A DNA stretch of 40,682 nt from an uncultured Rickettsiales bacterium (lineage in GTDB: Bacteria; Pseudomonadota; Alphaproteobacteria; Rickettsiales; JABCZZ01), in the NCBI GenBank assembly GCA_964520155.1, contig CAZFOM010000002.1, forward strand, positions 1,703-42,384, read 5' to 3'. The position numbers and the translations under genes are program-made. Below are positions 15,199 through 25,032 of this stretch, piece after piece; position 1 is the first letter of the stretch, and the number at the start of each line of letters is the position of its first letter. Below the pieces are notes generated by a model. That model did no database searches. It was not told the DNA's origin and saw only the letters and a program-made list of their open reading frames with translations.

Positions 15199-16113
15199 CT
15201 AATTTAAGGGTTTTTCAAGTGGCAGTTTTGCCCAAAACGGAAGCGCCGCTTTGATCGGGATATTGCCGGCGCGTAGCCCTGTCTGCGAGCCATTGGCTTT
15301 TTCCACCTCATCCATACGCAGCATGGCAAGTCCGACATTTCCACTAGAAGAACGCATATCCCCCACTTCGCGGCCATCAAAGGTAATCACGGTGCCAAAA
15401 GGAGGCAGCGTGCCACCATCGGTGGTTACTCGATGCAGGAATTTATGTAACGTGCCGCGATGTTTTGAACGCGCCGTCACTTCCTGCCCCACATAACAAC
15501 CCTTTTCATAATCGACGCCGTTCAGCTCATCGTAGCCACACTCGAGCAGAATGGATTTTTCGGAGATCATATCTTTGCTGCTATCGGGAACACCCAGCGT
15601 CAGGCGATGGATGTCATAATGCCTCTGCTCCACTTCGCGGTCGTGTTTTGTAAGGATCGCAACCGGTGCATGTGTTTTGATGATTCCGCGCTGCCCCAAT
15701 TGCGGAAGGCGCGGATCGGGATAGAGCATCCCGTCCACCGCATATGCAACCCCTTGCGCAAGCATTGCCTCTGCGGCAAGCGACTCATGCGGCTCGCTCC
15801 ATGCCGCAAACACCCGATACGTCGCAGAGCGATCTTCAATCGTTACCGCCGAGCGGAGTTTATACTGATTGAGTTTCTTGATGAGATCGCCCAGCCGGCT
15901 TTTTTCAACATCGAGCCAGTAGGCGTCATTTCGCGCGACAATAAAAAAATCGAACAGGAATTTCCCCTGCGCCGACAGAAGCGCTGCAAAGATCGGTTTT
16001 TTATCCTCGGCTTTTCGTATGTCGTTACTGATCAATCCTTGCAGGAACGCCTGCCGATCGGTGCCGGATACCACCACCACTCCACGATCCGCTAATTCTG
16101 CAACGACAAACAC
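15199..16113 (-). CDS. ygfZ: folate-binding protein YgfZ (CAF17 family)
   Basis: 304 aa, GTDRQAFLQGLISND and the signature KGCYVGQEVTAR. Confidence 0.85.
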   Translation of the reverse strand: MFVVAELADRGVVVVSGTDRQAFLQGLISNDIRKAEDKKPIFAALLSAQGKFLFDFFIVARNDAYWLDVEKSRLGDLIKKLNQYKLRSAVTIEDRSATYRVFAAWSEPHESLAAEAMLAQGVAYAVDGMLYPDPRLPQLGQRGIIKTHAPVAILTKHDREVEQRHYDIHRLTLGVPDSSKDMISEKSILLECGYDELNGVDYEKGCYVGQEVTARSKHRGTLHKFLHRVTTDGGTLPPFGTVITFDGREVGDMRSSSGNVGLAMLRMDEVEKANGSQTGLRAGNIPIKAALPFWAKLPLEKPLN

Positions 16114-16212
16114 AGGCTTTCTCCAGTTAGGTGGGGACTTGTTTTAGAGGGAGAAGAAGCCCTGCGTCAAGCACTGGTCTTGACGGGAGTAAGAAACCGA
16201 CACCACCGGCGA

Positions 16213-16476
16213 TCAGTGAATACTTACTTCACTGTGGCCGTAGCGAAATTTTGCATCCGTGACAATGCCCACCGACATGATTCGTACCGAGTGCAATTTG
16301 CCTTCCAGCTCGCGCTTCCAGAAATCGAGGAATTTCGTCAGCACCGGAAACTTCGGCGCCATATCGTATTCCTGCCATACATAACTCTGGAGTAAACGGG
16401 GATGGTCTGGAAGGTGGTACAGAATCTCCGCTGTCGTCAGACGATAGTCCTTCAGCATGAGTTCCATTGTGCTCAT
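16213..16476 (-). CDS. usg: Usg family protein
   Basis: YRLTTAEILYHLPDHPRLLQSYVWQEYD.AP.FP.L..FLDFW...L.G.LHSV pattern. Confidence 0.8.
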   Translation of the reverse strand: MSTMELMLKDYRLTTAEILYHLPDHPRLLQSYVWQEYDMAPKFPVLTKFLDFWKRELEGKLHSVRIMSVGIVTDAKFRYGHSEVSIH

Positions 16477-16713
16477 AAGTCACCTTTCGTGTTCCTACCT
16501 GGACACTTAAAACCCTTCTAGTGAAGAGCCGAAGCATATAGCTACCCTTGCATTCTAGCATAAAAATCCTTTCCAAACTATTAACAAATGCGGAGGTTTT
16601 TGCGGTGCAGCATGGCATAAAGCTAGTGCTTGCGCTTTGCCTCCGATCTCGTTACAAGCAACGCCTTCACAAAAACAAAAACGTTACAATACAACTACCA
16701 GCAGGAACATAGG

Positions 16714-17760
16714 GTGCGGTATTTCGGGATCATCGTTGCATTGCTATTGGGTTTGGGACTAAGCGCCTGCGCCACCCCGCACGAACAACCGTACGCGAAA
16801 AACACCCTCTCCCCCCAACTCATTGGCACGGAAACCCTCAAAACCGGCGACAATACCAAGCTGCCGATCAAGGTGTGGATGCCAGAGAAAAAACCCACCG
16901 CGATCATCGTCGCGTTGCATGGGTTCAATGATTACAGCAATGCGTTTGCAATTCCGGCAAAACGTTTAAGCGAATCGGGTGTCGGGGTGTATGCGTTTGA
17001 CCAGCGCGGATTCGGTCGCAACCCGCAGGCGGGATTGTGGGCAGGCACGCCAAACTTGACCGCCGATCTTGCCGATATGGTGGAAGCCGTTAAAAGAGTA
17101 CACCCAAACACACCTCTGTATATTTTGGGCGAAAGCATGGGCGGGGCCGTTGCAATTTCCGCGCTGGCACAACCTGACTTCCCGAAGGTGAATGGACTGA
17201 TTCTGGTTGCTCCCGCTGTGTGGGGTGATGATACGATGAACAGTTTTTATCGTTTGTCACTGTGGGTGCTCGCGCACATGGTTCCGGATAACACTGCAAC
17301 CGGACGCGATCTCAGGATTCTCGCCTCGGACAATATCCCTATGCTGCGCGAAATGGGGAAGGATCCGTATGTTCTGAAATCCACACGTATCGACGCGGTT
17401 TACGGCATGGTGGGGCTGATGGATACGGCCTATACCCACGCCGAAAATCTCGATGTTCCTGTATTGCTCTTGTATGGTGCGAAAGATCAGGTGATCCCGC
17501 CGCTGCCGATCAAAGAGGTGTCGAAGAAGCTGCCGCAAACAGACAAAGTGGCGCTCTATCCGCTTGGGTATCACATGTTGCTGCGCGACTTAAACGGACA
17601 CCTGGTCACGAACGATATTCTTCACTGGATCCGCTCCAAACACACGCCCCTGCCTTCGGGATACGAAATGGATCCACAGCGCTTTGTTGCAAAAAAGGCA
17701 TTGCACGAGGAAGTCGTGAACTCTACGGTGAGTGAGACGGTTCGCCCTAACAAGCGATGA
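16714..17760 (+). CDS. alpha/beta hydrolase (lysophospholipase/monoglyceride-lipase-like) lipoprotein
   Basis: GESMGG nucleophile elbow and HGFNDYS. The lipobox GLSAC follows VRYFGIIVALLLGLG. The GTG at 16714 with an upstream AGGA is preferred over the ORF-track TTG at 16630. Confidence 0.75.
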   Translation: MRYFGIIVALLLGLGLSACATPHEQPYAKNTLSPQLIGTETLKTGDNTKLPIKVWMPEKKPTAIIVALHGFNDYSNAFAIPAKRLSESGVGVYAFDQRGFGRNPQAGLWAGTPNLTADLADMVEAVKRVHPNTPLYILGESMGGAVAISALAQPDFPKVNGLILVAPAVWGDDTMNSFYRLSLWVLAHMVPDNTATGRDLRILASDNIPMLREMGKDPYVLKSTRIDAVYGMVGLMDTAYTHAENLDVPVLLLYGAKDQVIPPLPIKEVSKKLPQTDKVALYPLGYHMLLRDLNGHLVTNDILHWIRSKHTPLPSGYEMDPQRFVAKKALHEEVVNSTVSETVRPNKR

Positions 17761-17960
17761 GGTGAGAGCAATCTCACCGTAAAGGGAATCAGGTGCGTGA
17801 ATATCCTTAAGATACTAACAAATCCTGAGCTGTGCCCGCAACTGTAATCAGCGAGTGTGTCTGCACTATGCCACTGGGACGCCGGATCCAACAATACGGA
17901 ACCGGAACACTGGGAAGGCCGCAGACAAGCGATGACCTGAGAGTCAGGAGACCTGCCGTC
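17761..17960 (+). promoter_or_regulatory. cobalamin (AdoCbl) riboswitch
   Basis: AAAGGGAATCAGGTGCG, GCTGTGCCCGCAACTGTAA, GCCACTGGGA, GGGAAGGC and the B12 box AGTCAGGAGACCTGCC. It lies directly upstream of a TonB-dependent receptor. Confidence 0.85.
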
Positions 17961-18060
17961 CATGTGTCACGCGAGCTGGTGTTGAACGGGGTCATTCAGT
18001 CAGTCACGGATTGTCCATACGCGGTGACATGAACACGAACACGACGTATGGAGTCTATTC

Positions 18061-19872
18061 ATGAAACTATCTTTATCCGCTGCATTGCTATGCAGCGCCC
18101 TGCCGCTTGCGGCGTCTGCTTCTCCCCTCTCGCTGGTGATCACCCCCACTCGAACCGAAACGCCGATCGCGCAGATCGGCAGCAGCGTGTCGGTGCTCAC
18201 TTCGGCTGATCTCGAGCGGCTGCAACTTCCAACCGTGCGCGACGCACTCGCGCATGTGCCAGGCGTGTCGCTTGCCAGTAACGGAGGCACCGGACAAACC
18301 ACTTCCGTGTTTATCCGCGGCGCCAAATCCGAACACACGTTGGTGCTGGTGGATGGCGTGCCGGTAAACGATCCGTCCTCTACTACCAATTCCTATGATT
18401 TTGGACGACTATCCACCAGTCACGTTGAGCGGATCGAGGTGTTGCGCGGAAGCCAGAGCGTGCTGTATGGGCCTGAAGCGATTGGCGGCGTGATCAATAT
18501 CATCACCAAACGCGGTACGGATAAACCGGCATTTAACTCGAGCGCCGAATATGGATCAGATAACAGCTATCAGCTTTCAACCGGCGCGCGCGGTGCAGTA
18601 GATCAGCTTCGCTACTCCGCCAATGTGACACATCGCCATACCGACGGCGTATCCGCGTTCAACTCACGGCGCGGTGGACTGGAAGAAGATGGCGATGAAA
18701 CCACGACTTACTCTGGCCGTCTGGATGCCGATATCTCCGACGCCCTGCGCGCCTATACGACCGGACGTTACACGCGCGGCTATACGGAGTTCGACGATTT
18801 CGGCACCGATGCCGATAACGATGCCAAGTCCAATGAGCTTAGTTGGCGCGGGGCGGGTGTGGCAACGCTTTTAGATGGAAAATGGTCGCAGGAACTCGGA
18901 CTTTCGTATCTCAACACCGGACGCTCCAGCACCTCGTCCTTTGGCACATTTCGCTATCAGGGAAAGCGCGTGGGTGCTGACTGGGTACACACGCTTACCC
19001 CCGTCCAGAATCATGTGATCACAGCAGGGCTTGAAACCGCGGAAGAAACGTTTTCTACCGATTTTGATACCAGCCGTTCAGTGCGCAATCATGCGATCTT
19101 TGTTCAGGATCAGTGGAACGTCGTGGATTTGCTCTATGTGACTACGGGTGCGCGACTGGACAAGCACGACGAATATGGCAGCGAATGGACATACCGCATC
19201 GCTCCCTCTTACCTGATTGAATCCACTGGTACGCGACTCAAGGCGAGCATTGCCAACGGTTTCAAAGCCCCTTCCCTGTTTCAACTATTCTCATTTTTTG
19301 GTAATGCTGCACTCAAGCCGGAAAACAGCGATAGTTTCGATGCAGGATTCGAGCAATCGCTGCTCAATGGATCGGTGCAATTCGGTGCTACCTATTTTCG
19401 TCTTACAGTGGATGATCTGATTGATTATGATTTTGCCGCTAACCGGTATATCAATACCGGAAAAACGCAATCCCAGGGGGTTGAGAGCTTCATCCGCTAT
19501 GCGCCTATGCCCTCGCTGACACTCGCACTCAACCATACCTACACGAAGGCGGAAGACCGCATCACGAAAGCGGATCTGCTACGCCGTCCGAAACATACAT
19601 TCTCTGGTGATGTAACCTGGCAACCGCGCGACGATATTCGGCTCGGCGTGAATGCCACCTATCAGGGAGTGCGCGAAGATATCAATCTGGCGTTCAACCG
19701 CACGCGCATGGGGGGATATCCCCTGCTCAATGTCACGGGCGACTGGAATCTTAATTCCCGTTTCACGCTGTATGGCCGTCTGGAAAATCTGCTCGATCGG
19801 GAATACGAAAATGTCTTCAGCTACGGCGCACGCGGACTTTCCGCCTTTGCCGGTATCCGCGCGGAGTATTAA
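18061..19872 (+). CDS. btuB: TonB-dependent outer-membrane receptor, vitamin B12 transporter BtuB-like
   Basis: Signal peptide, plug domain (ITPTRTETP.....SVSVLT..DLER), C-terminal aromatic residue (...GIRAEY). It follows a B12 riboswitch. Confidence 0.85.
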   Translation: MKLSLSAALLCSALPLAASASPLSLVITPTRTETPIAQIGSSVSVLTSADLERLQLPTVRDALAHVPGVSLASNGGTGQTTSVFIRGAKSEHTLVLVDGVPVNDPSSTTNSYDFGRLSTSHVERIEVLRGSQSVLYGPEAIGGVINIITKRGTDKPAFNSSAEYGSDNSYQLSTGARGAVDQLRYSANVTHRHTDGVSAFNSRRGGLEEDGDETTTYSGRLDADISDALRAYTTGRYTRGYTEFDDFGTDADNDAKSNELSWRGAGVATLLDGKWSQELGLSYLNTGRSSTSSFGTFRYQGKRVGADWVHTLTPVQNHVITAGLETAEETFSTDFDTSRSVRNHAIFVQDQWNVVDLLYVTTGARLDKHDEYGSEWTYRIAPSYLIESTGTRLKASIANGFKAPSLFQLFSFFGNAALKPENSDSFDAGFEQSLLNGSVQFGATYFRLTVDDLIDYDFAANRYINTGKTQSQGVESFIRYAPMPSLTLALNHTYTKAEDRITKADLLRRPKHTFSGDVTWQPRDDIRLGVNATYQGVREDINLAFNRTRMGGYPLLNVTGDWNLNSRFTLYGRLENLLDREYENVFSYGARGLSAFAGIRAEY

Positions 19873-20711
19873 TGATAAAGTACCTGCTTGCAGCCTGTGT
19901 AACCGGATTTGTTCTTACTTCACACGCACAGGCTGCAAGTGTACGGGTCGCATCGGCCAATCTCTGCGCGGATCAACTACTCATTGAAATGGCGCAGCCT
20001 GAACAGATTGCGGCGGTGAGTCATTTCGCTACGGATCCTCTGTTATCAGTCGAATACGAATCCGCGAAGTCTCTACCTTCCATTCGTGGCACGGTGGAGG
20101 AGATGGTTCGGCTCAAACCGGATGTCGCGCTCGTGGGTCGCACACAGATTCCAAAATCCATGCAGCCTGTGCTTGCGCCCACGCGCATCGTGGAAATTGG
20201 TATTCCCACGACGATTACTGAGGTGGAAAACCAGATCCGGCAGATGGGAGAGCTGCTAGACAGACCCGAAATTGCAAAACGCCTGATCGCGCGGATGCAG
20301 GCGCGTCTGATCCAAACCCGATTGCGCAGCCGCGCACTCACTTTTGTGCCGCGCGTGCTCGTCTATCATCATCACGGCTATACTGAATCTTCCGACTCGA
20401 TACTCGCCTCCCTCCTTCCTTATGTGGGTGCGCAACTGTACACGACCGATGCGCATGTGACACTGGAACAGCTCGTTGCGGATCCGCCGGATCTTATTAT
20501 CTATGCATACACGCGCGATGCTTCGCCTGCACTTGGCAACATTCCACTGTCGCATCCGGTTTTTCGGGAGTGGAAACCGACGGCGTTTATGGCTATTTCT
20601 CCGGCGCTGCTCATGTGCAATAACCATCACATCGCAGATATTGCGAGCCAGATCATGGATCATCTGGAAATGCTTGAGCCACCCACACCTAAATTCGCTA
20701 TGCTCCCATGA
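19872..20711 (+). CDS. btuF: periplasmic substrate-binding protein of a cobalamin/siderophore-type ABC importer (BtuF-like)
   Basis: Signal peptide ...SHAQA and a class III PBP-like sequence. The start overlaps the btuB stop (TAATG). The assignment is partly by operon context. Confidence 0.65.
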   Translation: MIKYLLAACVTGFVLTSHAQAASVRVASANLCADQLLIEMAQPEQIAAVSHFATDPLLSVEYESAKSLPSIRGTVEEMVRLKPDVALVGRTQIPKSMQPVLAPTRIVEIGIPTTITEVENQIRQMGELLDRPEIAKRLIARMQARLIQTRLRSRALTFVPRVLVYHHHGYTESSDSILASLLPYVGAQLYTTDAHVTLEQLVADPPDLIIYAYTRDASPALGNIPLSHPVFREWKPTAFMAISPALLMCNNHHIADIASQIMDHLEMLEPPTPKFAMLP

Positions 20712-21694
20712 TGTCGCTGCGCACCCCACTCATAGCACTCGTATGCATCACGATTCTCGTGAGCGCGCTGTCACTTCTGATTAGCGATACGCCGTCTCTT
20801 ACGCATTTCGGATTTGCAGGTCTGGACTACGCCATCGCATCCACTATCGTCATGGAACTGCGACTCCCGCGTCTGCTCGTGACACTCCTGACCGGCGCAA
20901 GCCTTGGCATGGCTGGTGCGGCATTACAGGGGTATCTGCGCAATCCGCTAGCCGAACCGAGCCTGCTTGGTATTTCCAACGGTGCGGCGCTGGGAGCGGT
21001 GCTCGTATTTTATTCCGGCCTTGCCGCAACCCATGCATTGCTGCTGCCTGCCTCGGGGATTGCCGGCGCCTGTGTGTGCGGCATCCTCGTCTATCTGCTA
21101 TCCGGCCGAAGCGGGCATTCGTTATCCACGATACTCGCCGGTATTGCCTTATCGAGCCTTTTGGGCGCGCTGATTGCCGTCCTGTTGAATCTTGTGCCCA
21201 ACCCCTACGCGGCGCTAGAAATCGTCCACTGGCTGATGGGATCGGCAAGCCAGACCAGCATGACACAAGTACTGCTTGTTGCGCCTTTTGTGCTGGTGGG
21301 TATGTGGGTGCTGCTCATGAGTGGGAAAGCCCTTGAAGCACTGAGCCTGGGCGAAACGGTTGCAGCCTCGCTCGGGGTGAGTCTAAGGCGAACACAATTT
21401 CTCATACTTACTGGCACTGCACTTACCGTTGGTGCATGTGTATCCATCACCGGTAGTATCGGGTTTGTGGGATTGATCGTGCCGCACCTGCTCAGGCGCT
21501 TCGTCCACCACTCGCCCTTTCATCTCTTATGGGCGTCGGCGCTGGGCGGCGCAATCCTGCTCACGCTATCAGACATACTCGTGCGACTCATCCCTACCAG
21601 CGGCACCGAACTGAAACTCGGTGTGGTCACCGCACTCATCGGGGTACCGTTTTTCTTTCATCTCATTCGATCTCGCGCGAAGGAACTCGTATGA
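20708..21694 (+). CDS. btuC: FecCD-family ABC permease (BtuC-like)
   Basis: 328 aa, polytopic, with LRLPRLL, GASLG.AGA.LQ and GFVGLIVPHL motifs. Confidence 0.85.
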   Translation: MMSLRTPLIALVCITILVSALSLLISDTPSLTHFGFAGLDYAIASTIVMELRLPRLLVTLLTGASLGMAGAALQGYLRNPLAEPSLLGISNGAALGAVLVFYSGLAATHALLLPASGIAGACVCGILVYLLSGRSGHSLSTILAGIALSSLLGALIAVLLNLVPNPYAALEIVHWLMGSASQTSMTQVLLVAPFVLVGMWVLLMSGKALEALSLGETVAASLGVSLRRTQFLILTGTALTVGACVSITGSIGFVGLIVPHLLRRFVHHSPFHLLWASALGGAILLTLSDILVRLIPTSGTELKLGVVTALIGVPFFFHLIRSRAKELV

Positions 21695-22437
21695 ACCTGC
21701 GCGCAGAATCCATCACCCTCACACGCCATCAACGGACGATTCTAAACCGTGTATCGCTCTCGGTGCGAGAAGGTGAACTGGTCGCAATGGTGGGGCCAAA
21801 TGGTGCGGGGAAATCCACCCTACTGCGGGTACTAAGTGGCATCAACGCGGCTGATCAGGGAAGCATGACACTCGATGGTTCGGCTCTCAACCCCAAGCAT
21901 ATTGCCTATGTCGGTGACACGCGACGGGTGGAATGGTCGCTTTCCGCGCGTCAGGTGGTGGAGCTTGGCAGGTTGCCCCATCAATCCCTGTTTCGACGCC
22001 CCAGCAAAGAGGATGAACAAGCCGTGGAGGAAGCACTTACCACTACCCATACCACCGCACTTGCGCATCGCGACTATCATGCGTTATCGCACGGAGAACA
22101 GGCGCGCGTAATGCTCGCACGCGCGCTGGCGACCCGTCCGCAATTTCTGTTGCTCGATGAGCCGCTCTCGGGTCTTGATCCCAAATATCAGATTGAGATG
22201 ATGCAACTGCTCCACGCTATGTCCCAAAACGGAACGGGTATTGTTATTGTATTACACGATATCAGTTTAGCGTTGCGATTTGCTTCCCGCATCGTCGCGG
22301 TAAAAGAGGGAAAGATTCTGGGCGATGATGTTCCGGCAAAACTCATCACCCGACAATTGCTGCGCGAACTGTTTGATCTCGATGCCGCAATCGGCCATGT
22401 GCATGGCGTGCCGTTTATTCTTCCCATTAGTACATAG
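21691..22437 (+). CDS. btuD: ABC transporter ATP-binding protein (BtuD/FecE-like)
   Basis: The start at MNLRAESI overlaps the btuC stop (ATGA). Walker A GPNGAGKST, signature LSHGEQARV, Walker B LLLDEP. Confidence 0.85.
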   Translation: MNLRAESITLTRHQRTILNRVSLSVREGELVAMVGPNGAGKSTLLRVLSGINAADQGSMTLDGSALNPKHIAYVGDTRRVEWSLSARQVVELGRLPHQSLFRRPSKEDEQAVEEALTTTHTTALAHRDYHALSHGEQARVMLARALATRPQFLLLDEPLSGLDPKYQIEMMQLLHAMSQNGTGIVIVLHDISLALRFASRIVAVKEGKILGDDVPAKLITRQLLRELFDLDAAIGHVHGVPFILPIST

Positions 22438-22634
22438 GCCATCGGTATATAGGTTTGTGGGAAAAATTCGTTTCAAATTGAATTTCCGACATTTTTTATT
22501 TATATCGTGCCTGTGCATAACCAATATGCTACAGTCCAAGTATAGTTAACATATTTCGCAGGTGTGCTCTGAAAGTTTCGATTCGTAATCTGGTTTCTGT
22601 AACCTCGCTTGCCGCTCTGATTGCAAGTGCACCG

Positions 22635-23702
22635 TTGCCGTTTGTTTCTTCTGCCCATGCAGGTCTGGAGAATGACGAATCGTTGCTTGCAGGGGCGAAG
22701 CTCTGCACGCGCTATCTGCCGCGACACGAGCGCGAATACGGTATTCCTGCGCATCTGCTAGCAGCCATCGCTTCCACCGAATCGGGGCGCTTTCACCGCG
22801 GGTTGGGACTCACCATCCCCTGGCCGTGGACGATCAATGCCGAAGGCAAAGGGTATTTCTTCAACACCAAAGACGAAGCGATTGCCTACACACAAAAATT
22901 ACTGGCCAGCGGAATGCGCAGTATTGATGTGGGGTGTATGCAGGTGAATCTGCGCCATCACCCTGAGGCCTTCTCCAACCTCGAACAGGCATTTGAACCG
23001 CGTTACAATGTGGCGTATGCCGCAAATTTCCTGCGCCGCAACTTCGATGATCTGGGTAGCTGGAAAGCGGCTGCCGCTGCCTATCATTCGCGCACACCGG
23101 AATTTGGCACGCGCTATGTCGGCAAAGTGTATGAGAGATGGAACCACATCCTTACCAAAATTGCGGAAGCACGAAGCGGACGCGGCGCCACATCGCTTGC
23201 GTCCACGCGCACAAACGCCGATTTTGAGTCGGCGCGATCCGCACCGATCACGCGCGAAGAACTCACGCGTACGCTCAAGGAAACCCGCACCCCGTTTGCA
23301 CCGTCTCGTCAAGTGGCCTCCGCAGCCGCGCCCACGACACGCGAACGTCGTCCCATCCGCATGAAAGTGATTGAGCTGGTGAAGAAGGAGTCGCGCTCGC
23401 GGGAAAATGGCGTCACCGTCATCCGTCCGGAGACCGAGGAGTTGCAAGTGGCTTCCGTTCAGGCGCCCGCCTTTATGGATAGCCCCATTGTCGCCACCCG
23501 ATCCGGCACACTGAAAGATATGCGACCGGCGGATCCGGCGCAATCGCAGGACACGCTGGATGCACTCGAACCCGCCGCTGGCGAGGGACAGTTTTCGCCA
23601 AAAGCGAATGCCAAGCTGATTCGGATTAATCGCAGCGGCAAAGCACGCGAAGAACAATCCTTCGCGCCGCGTAAATCACCGCAGTTTGTTTTTGACAATT
23701 AA
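22635..23702 (+). CDS. lytic transglycosylase (SLT domain) with long low-complexity C-terminal region
   Basis: GIPAHLLAAIASTESGRF (catalytic Glu context), GCMQVN, AAYHS. The first canonical start (TTG 22635) truncates an obvious signal peptide that is open upstream to 22569 (see findings). Confidence 0.8.
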   Translation: MPFVSSAHAGLENDESLLAGAKLCTRYLPRHEREYGIPAHLLAAIASTESGRFHRGLGLTIPWPWTINAEGKGYFFNTKDEAIAYTQKLLASGMRSIDVGCMQVNLRHHPEAFSNLEQAFEPRYNVAYAANFLRRNFDDLGSWKAAAAAYHSRTPEFGTRYVGKVYERWNHILTKIAEARSGRGATSLASTRTNADFESARSAPITREELTRTLKETRTPFAPSRQVASAAAPTTRERRPIRMKVIELVKKESRSRENGVTVIRPETEELQVASVQAPAFMDSPIVATRSGTLKDMRPADPAQSQDTLDALEPAAGEGQFSPKANAKLIRINRSGKAREEQSFAPRKSPQFVFDN

Positions 23703-23796
23703 CAGTCGTGGTCATAGGTTACGGCCTATAGTGCTTCCGGTGAATAAAACCCACTTCATGGGGATTATCATTGGAATAACTATATGATAGGCACTG

Positions 23797-24000
23797 ATGT
23801 ATATGTCCGCGACCTCCTCCTCACAACCCTTTGAAATAATTGCCACCCACTCGCTTGAAGTAATTTGCGACGGCGGGGACGGTGCGCTCGGTCATCCGCG
23901 TGTGTTCCTGCATATTGACCGCGAAACCAACGAGATCACCTGCCCGTATTGCAGCCGTCAGTATGTCTATCATGCCGATAGCCGCTCAACCGCTGCGTAG
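23797..24000 (+). CDS. zinc-finger (zf-CHCC, NDUFS6-like) domain protein
   Basis: ...VICDGGDGALGHPRVFLHIDRETNEITCPYCSRQYVY. Confidence 0.75.
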   Translation: MYMSATSSSQPFEIIATHSLEVICDGGDGALGHPRVFLHIDRETNEITCPYCSRQYVYHADSRSTAA

Positions 24001-24004
24001 GTAT

Positions 24005-24781
24005 ATGGCGCGCGAATTACCCGTATGGCTTCTCCTGATTGCGCTGGTGCTTAGCCCGATGCACACACAGGCAGCACCCGTTTCGACACCGTCATTTATG
24101 CTGCAGATCGATCCTCCTGAAACCGATGCCGATCAATTCGTCTATGAAACCGTGCGTGACACGCCAACGCTGTCCGATTTCATCACCGCGCTGAATGATG
24201 TGATTGCGCTGCCGCGCGCCGTCGAGATCCGCTTGATGAGTTGCGATCCAACCGGTACGGATATTTCCACGACCGTGCCTGTCACGATTTGCTATCGCAC
24301 CATTGAACATACGGCGCTGCTCGATAACGGGCTGGATGAAACCGCACGCCGCTCACAGATTGCACATGCCGCTTTATTCAGTGTGCTTGCCGATCTCGCG
24401 CCAGTGATGATGAGTCAACTCGATCTCGCTGAAAGCCTCGATTACAGCAAAGATTCTCCGCAACTCGCAGCAGCGCTCGCTCTGCTGGTGGGGGATGGGT
24501 TATCGAACGAATCCATCGAGGGAGTTGCGCGCGCCGGTCTGGACATCGCCGATGCAGAAGAAAATCAGGAACTGCCTGCGTACTGGATCCTGCGCGGCTT
24601 CAGCCGCAGCAATACCCACGACATGGCCTGTATGCTCTATGGCAGCGATCCCCGTGCATTTACCGATGCGTTTATCGAGATCACCAGCAACGAGCAGGTT
24701 TCGAGCAATCGCTGTTACGGGATGTTCAGCCAGCGCATCGAATACTGGTCGAGCGCACTCGAAAAATACCTTAAGCGTTGA
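24005..24781 (+). CDS. hypothetical secreted protein (possibly DUF4344-like, without an obvious HExxH)
   Basis: The start is set at MARELPVWLLLIALVLSPMHTQA (signal peptide). The ORF-track extension from 23882 overlaps the zf-CHCC gene. ALPRAVEIRLMSCD....TICYRTIEH is reminiscent of DUF4344 from memory only. Confidence 0.5.
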   Translation: MARELPVWLLLIALVLSPMHTQAAPVSTPSFMLQIDPPETDADQFVYETVRDTPTLSDFITALNDVIALPRAVEIRLMSCDPTGTDISTTVPVTICYRTIEHTALLDNGLDETARRSQIAHAALFSVLADLAPVMMSQLDLAESLDYSKDSPQLAAALALLVGDGLSNESIEGVARAGLDIADAEENQELPAYWILRGFSRSNTHDMACMLYGSDPRAFTDAFIEITSNEQVSSNRCYGMFSQRIEYWSSALEKYLKR

Positions 24782-24832
24782 TTTCCCGATCCTGCGCTGT
24801 TAGATACAGTCGCAGTATTGCAAGGAGCATGT

Positions 24833-25030
24833 ATGTCACTGGGCGGAATGGCGATTGCACTGTTTCTGGGCGCAACCCTGCTGGTGCTGTTGATGGGTGT
24901 GGGACTGATGATGCGCGGCGGAGAGATGAATAAGAAATACGGTAATAAACTCATGATCGCGCGCGTCGGATTTCAGTTTATGGTGCTGGTGATGCTGGTG
25001 CTCATGTTTGTGATCGGGACGAAGTCGTAA
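24833..25030 (+). CDS. twin transmembrane helix small protein (HIG1 domain)
   Basis: AAGGAG lies 5 nt upstream of the ATG at 24833. There are two hydrophobic helices flanking RGGEMNKKYGNKLM.ARV. Confidence 0.75.
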   Translation: MSLGGMAIALFLGATLLVLLMGVGLMMRGGEMNKKYGNKLMIARVGFQFMVLVMLVLMFVIGTKS

Positions 25031-25032
25031 CC

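Noticed and set aside
16630-16713. TTG start at 16630 for the alpha/beta hydrolase
   Set aside because: The extra 28 residues are hydrophilic and would bury the lipoprotein signal peptide. The GTG at 16714 with AGGA upstream yields a normal lipobox-containing signal. Uncertainty remains.
21529-21690. 54-codon N-terminal extension of the ABC ATPase ORF
   Set aside because: It lies entirely inside the permease gene in another frame. The ATG at 21691 gives a canonical ABC N-terminus and an ATGA stop/start overlap.
22899-23657. 252-aa minus-strand ORF opposite the SLT gene C-terminal region
   Set aside because: It is antisense to a low-complexity, GC-rich coding stretch. It is Arg/Gly/Cys-rich with no recognisable domain.
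23882-24004. 41-codon N-terminal extension of the 299-aa ORF overlapping the zf-CHCC gene
   Set aside because: It overlaps a conserved gene in a different frame. The internal ATG at 24005 is immediately followed by a clean signal peptide.
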